Shown here piece after piece: positions 61,016 to 64,000 of a stretch of 64,000 nucleotides of DNA (position 1 is its first letter; each line of letters starts with the position of its first letter). The DNA is from Mytilus californianus (lineage: Eukaryota). Location: positions 69,750,001 to 69,814,000 of the forward strand of contig NW_026262679.1 of NCBI RefSeq assembly GCF_021869535.1, given 5' to 3'. A model generated the notes under the pieces. It had not been told where the DNA came from. It saw only the letters and a list, made by a program, of their open reading frames with translations, and did no database searches. The position numbers and the translations under genes were made by a program.

Positions 61016-64000
61016 ATGGTTGGTTCATTGTTGAAGACCCTACATCAACTGTCAAGATGTAGAACAGTAATAAAAGCCCTGTTCATTGATAATTTTCTAT
61101 GTTTTCTATGTATTGTGTGCGATTTTGTCCCATGTACATTTACTCCATATCCTTTCATTTTCTATACAATAGATAGCTAAATTCTTCTCTTCTCTTTGTT
61201 CCTCTTTATACCGCAAATTTTGTTATCCGGACTCGCCCCGTGTTAAGGCGTTCACACTGCATAAATTTAACCCGGATTAACAAATTCGGGTCAAACCCGG
61301 ATTAAAAGGCATAGTGTGAACGAAATATAATAAATAAATCATTTTCTCTCAATCTTATAAATCAATCCTATATGTTTGTTTTAAAGAACCACTGGAGATT
61401 GTAAAACCTCGTTTACCTTAAATTCTGTATTGCTATAGACTCGTCAATGCTACAGCTAGTTGACAGCAAGTTCTTCGGGGAATATTGAACTTGGTATTCG
61501 CCGCATAAGCATTTCATTTTCACCTACAGCCAATCTACATTCAAACTTCGGCAACTATAATATCATGCAGTTTTTCAAAAGTTAATTATAAAACAAACAC
61601 GTATGATGAAATAAAATCTTCAAGACATTCGTTTTTATGTTTACAGAGTAACTCAAACTTAAGAAGAAATCGAGTATTCCGCATACCTGATGACAGGGGG
61701 CACATTTTCGCCGTAATCTATGACTTCAAAATATTCATTAACCCTGTTAAATTTAACAACATGTTAATATGTGAAATTTGCGAGAAGCAATTAACAAACA
61801 ATAGAGATCGAAAACTAGCATAAAATATTTGCTTGCTCACTGCGCATGTGTAGTTTTCCATATATTTTTATTTTGTCCCTTAAACAGATTATACAATCGC
61901 CCTGACTTGCATTTTTTTTTCAAAAGAAGCGCCTTCACATATTTGAAATAGCCACACCTCCCATATCGACATGCATCCAAAAACTGGTCAGCCCGAAATC
62001 AGAATAATGTGTCCGAATAGGCTGACATATCTTACTGCGGACTGTAAGCATATCGGTATAGTACAAAGCCGGATTCATATTCATGTAACATCAACATGGT
62101 ATCGTCCTGAATATGGATTTCACTTAAAAATTGAAGTAAGCAGCCACCTATCATCATAAGCATTATGTAACCTTTGTTTCAAAAGTGTATTTTTTTCAAA
62201 GAGAACTATTCTGATTAAATTAAATCAATTAATTACTACCATAAATATCTGAAAATATTTCAATAAATTCAAATGCATCTTATTGATAAATAAAGTTTAA
62301 CCTTTTAAGTAGGAAAATGCTTGTTAGCATGTAAAACGTAATGCTTTAATACTTACGGATTTTTTTGTAGCATTTAATAAAACATCTTTCATCATTGAGT
62401 TGTAAATTTTATCCGGCAGATATACGTTATATTTATTCGTCTGTTTTTTTGTCAGTTGTGTTGTATGTCTATGATGTATGTTAACACAGATTTGGCTGCT
62501 GGATCCCAATTATTGTCACAATAACCTATTATATCTGTTTGGGTTGCTCACCCAATTTTGTCAATATAACGGAACTATAAACAACTATCATACCAATGCA
62601 GGTTTAACTCATCATTTTCTTCGGAAAATGTCTGTACCAAGTCAGAAATATGACAGTTGTTTTCGCTCGTTCCGATGGTTGATATAACGGTTGATTTTAT
62701 CAGTTTTTAAATAATGTGCTGACGAAATAAAATACATTGAAAATGAATAAAGACATACAAGCAATAAAATAAACTTACAAAATAACAACGGAAATATCAA
62801 CCCTGGCAGTGTTGAGTAATTCCATGTTTTTTATGAATACCCTCGACGGTTAAATTATTAAAATTCAAAACGATCAGGCGATGCTTGCGTTTGAAATTTG
62901 AAAATTGAACTGTCTCGAGTTGAAAATTTTCGTATTTCACTCAGTGTTGTGGTAGAATCTATATTTTTTTAAATGATGGAATAACTCCAATATGTTCTCA
63001 TTGTTGTGTTCTTCTTTCCAGATTGAACCCCGACCCCCAGAAATTGATTAAACCGCAGCCATATTGGATGCATATTATGGTCTTAAAGATGGTGATATAT
63101 AATTTTGTCCTGCAATCAGCCAACTATTGTACAAAAAACATGTACACAATTAAATGTTTGCTCTGTTGTTACCCCGCTTCCATGTTGTGCAAATGGTAAA
63201 GTGACTTTTGGGATAACACTTCATACTGGGGTTCTCTTTGCGGTCCGCGCTTAAACTATGTTGATTTCTTTGAAAAATCAGAGACAACTATTTGGATTTA
63301 AACAACTAAAAATTAAAGTGCCGGTGTAAATTACAGGATAAAAACAATATATGTTCATTGTCGGAAAAATAAAATGTATTTGTACTCGCTACAAAACAGG
63401 AGAAAAGCTCGGCGAGCCTCGCTTTTCGTCCTGTTTCTAAAGCTCATATGCATATACAAATAAATGTTATATTTTCCGACAATGTACATATAAAGTATAT
63501 GTAATTAGATTTTCTCTTTTTGTTTTTCCTTTGCTTTCATACATTCCCACGTTATATTTGGCTGACATCTTCATATTTTGTCTTTCCTCAATCTATGTAA
63601 ATAGCATTTTCCAAAAGTGTGTATAGCAGGTTTTTAAAAATTTCATATTTTCATCTCATTAGAATATATTAAAAATTGATAAACCTATATATAATGATCT
63701 TATTCAAATGTAACAATTCAAAACGATCATTCCCTATTATAAATGTTGATTATTCAACATGATATTGTATGTTACCATTTGAGAAGAATACGCGTACTAT
63801 TAACTTCAATATAAATTAGTGATATACAGGAAACGAAATGGTATTTTTTTTAGTAAATGGGTGAAATAATAAAAGATTCACAATTTTTCTTGTTTAATTA
63901 AAAAGAAAACAACTAAATAGTATAGAAAATGTATTTACAGTGTATTCGGGTGTTTATAGGTGTTGAGAAAAATTAATACTTTGATAACCAATATCTCTTT

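Noticed and set aside
61400-62160. CpG-rich stretch with TGCGCATG motif and 62-aa ORF, possible promoter of a neighbouring gene
   Set aside because: No exon chain or recognisable protein within the window.

Overview
AT-rich eukaryotic (animal) genomic DNA with spliceosomal introns. The repeat repertoire (Helentron-type non-autonomous elements, Penelope-like remnants, tRNA-SINE, Mag-type Gypsy) suggests a bivalve mollusc, probably Mytilus-like; this is inference only. Three minus-strand protein-coding genes can be assembled by hand from GT-AG splice sites with consistent phases. (1) A complete 15-coding-exon SERAC1 (2958-24112, 643 aa). (2) A two-exon bHLH gene of the Fer2/48-related-2 type (35158-37552, 201 aa). 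(3) A gene the ORF track only shows as disconnected fragments (exons 45252-45451, 44690-44761, 43155-43499). It encodes a probably secreted protein with a ~190-aa mature chain whose size, helix pattern, intron phases, cysteine layout, AU-rich 3'UTR and nearby NF-kB site all point to a long-chain four-helix cytokine (IL-6/LIF/CNTF/Unpaired-like). This candidate invertebrate JAK/STAT ligand is the most interesting item in the window. The remainder is a dense set of transposable elements, several with readable TIRs and TSDs, and a near full-length but decayed Mag-type Gypsy LTR retrotransposon (56241-61015). All family assignments are by eye and from recalled motifs; no searches were run.
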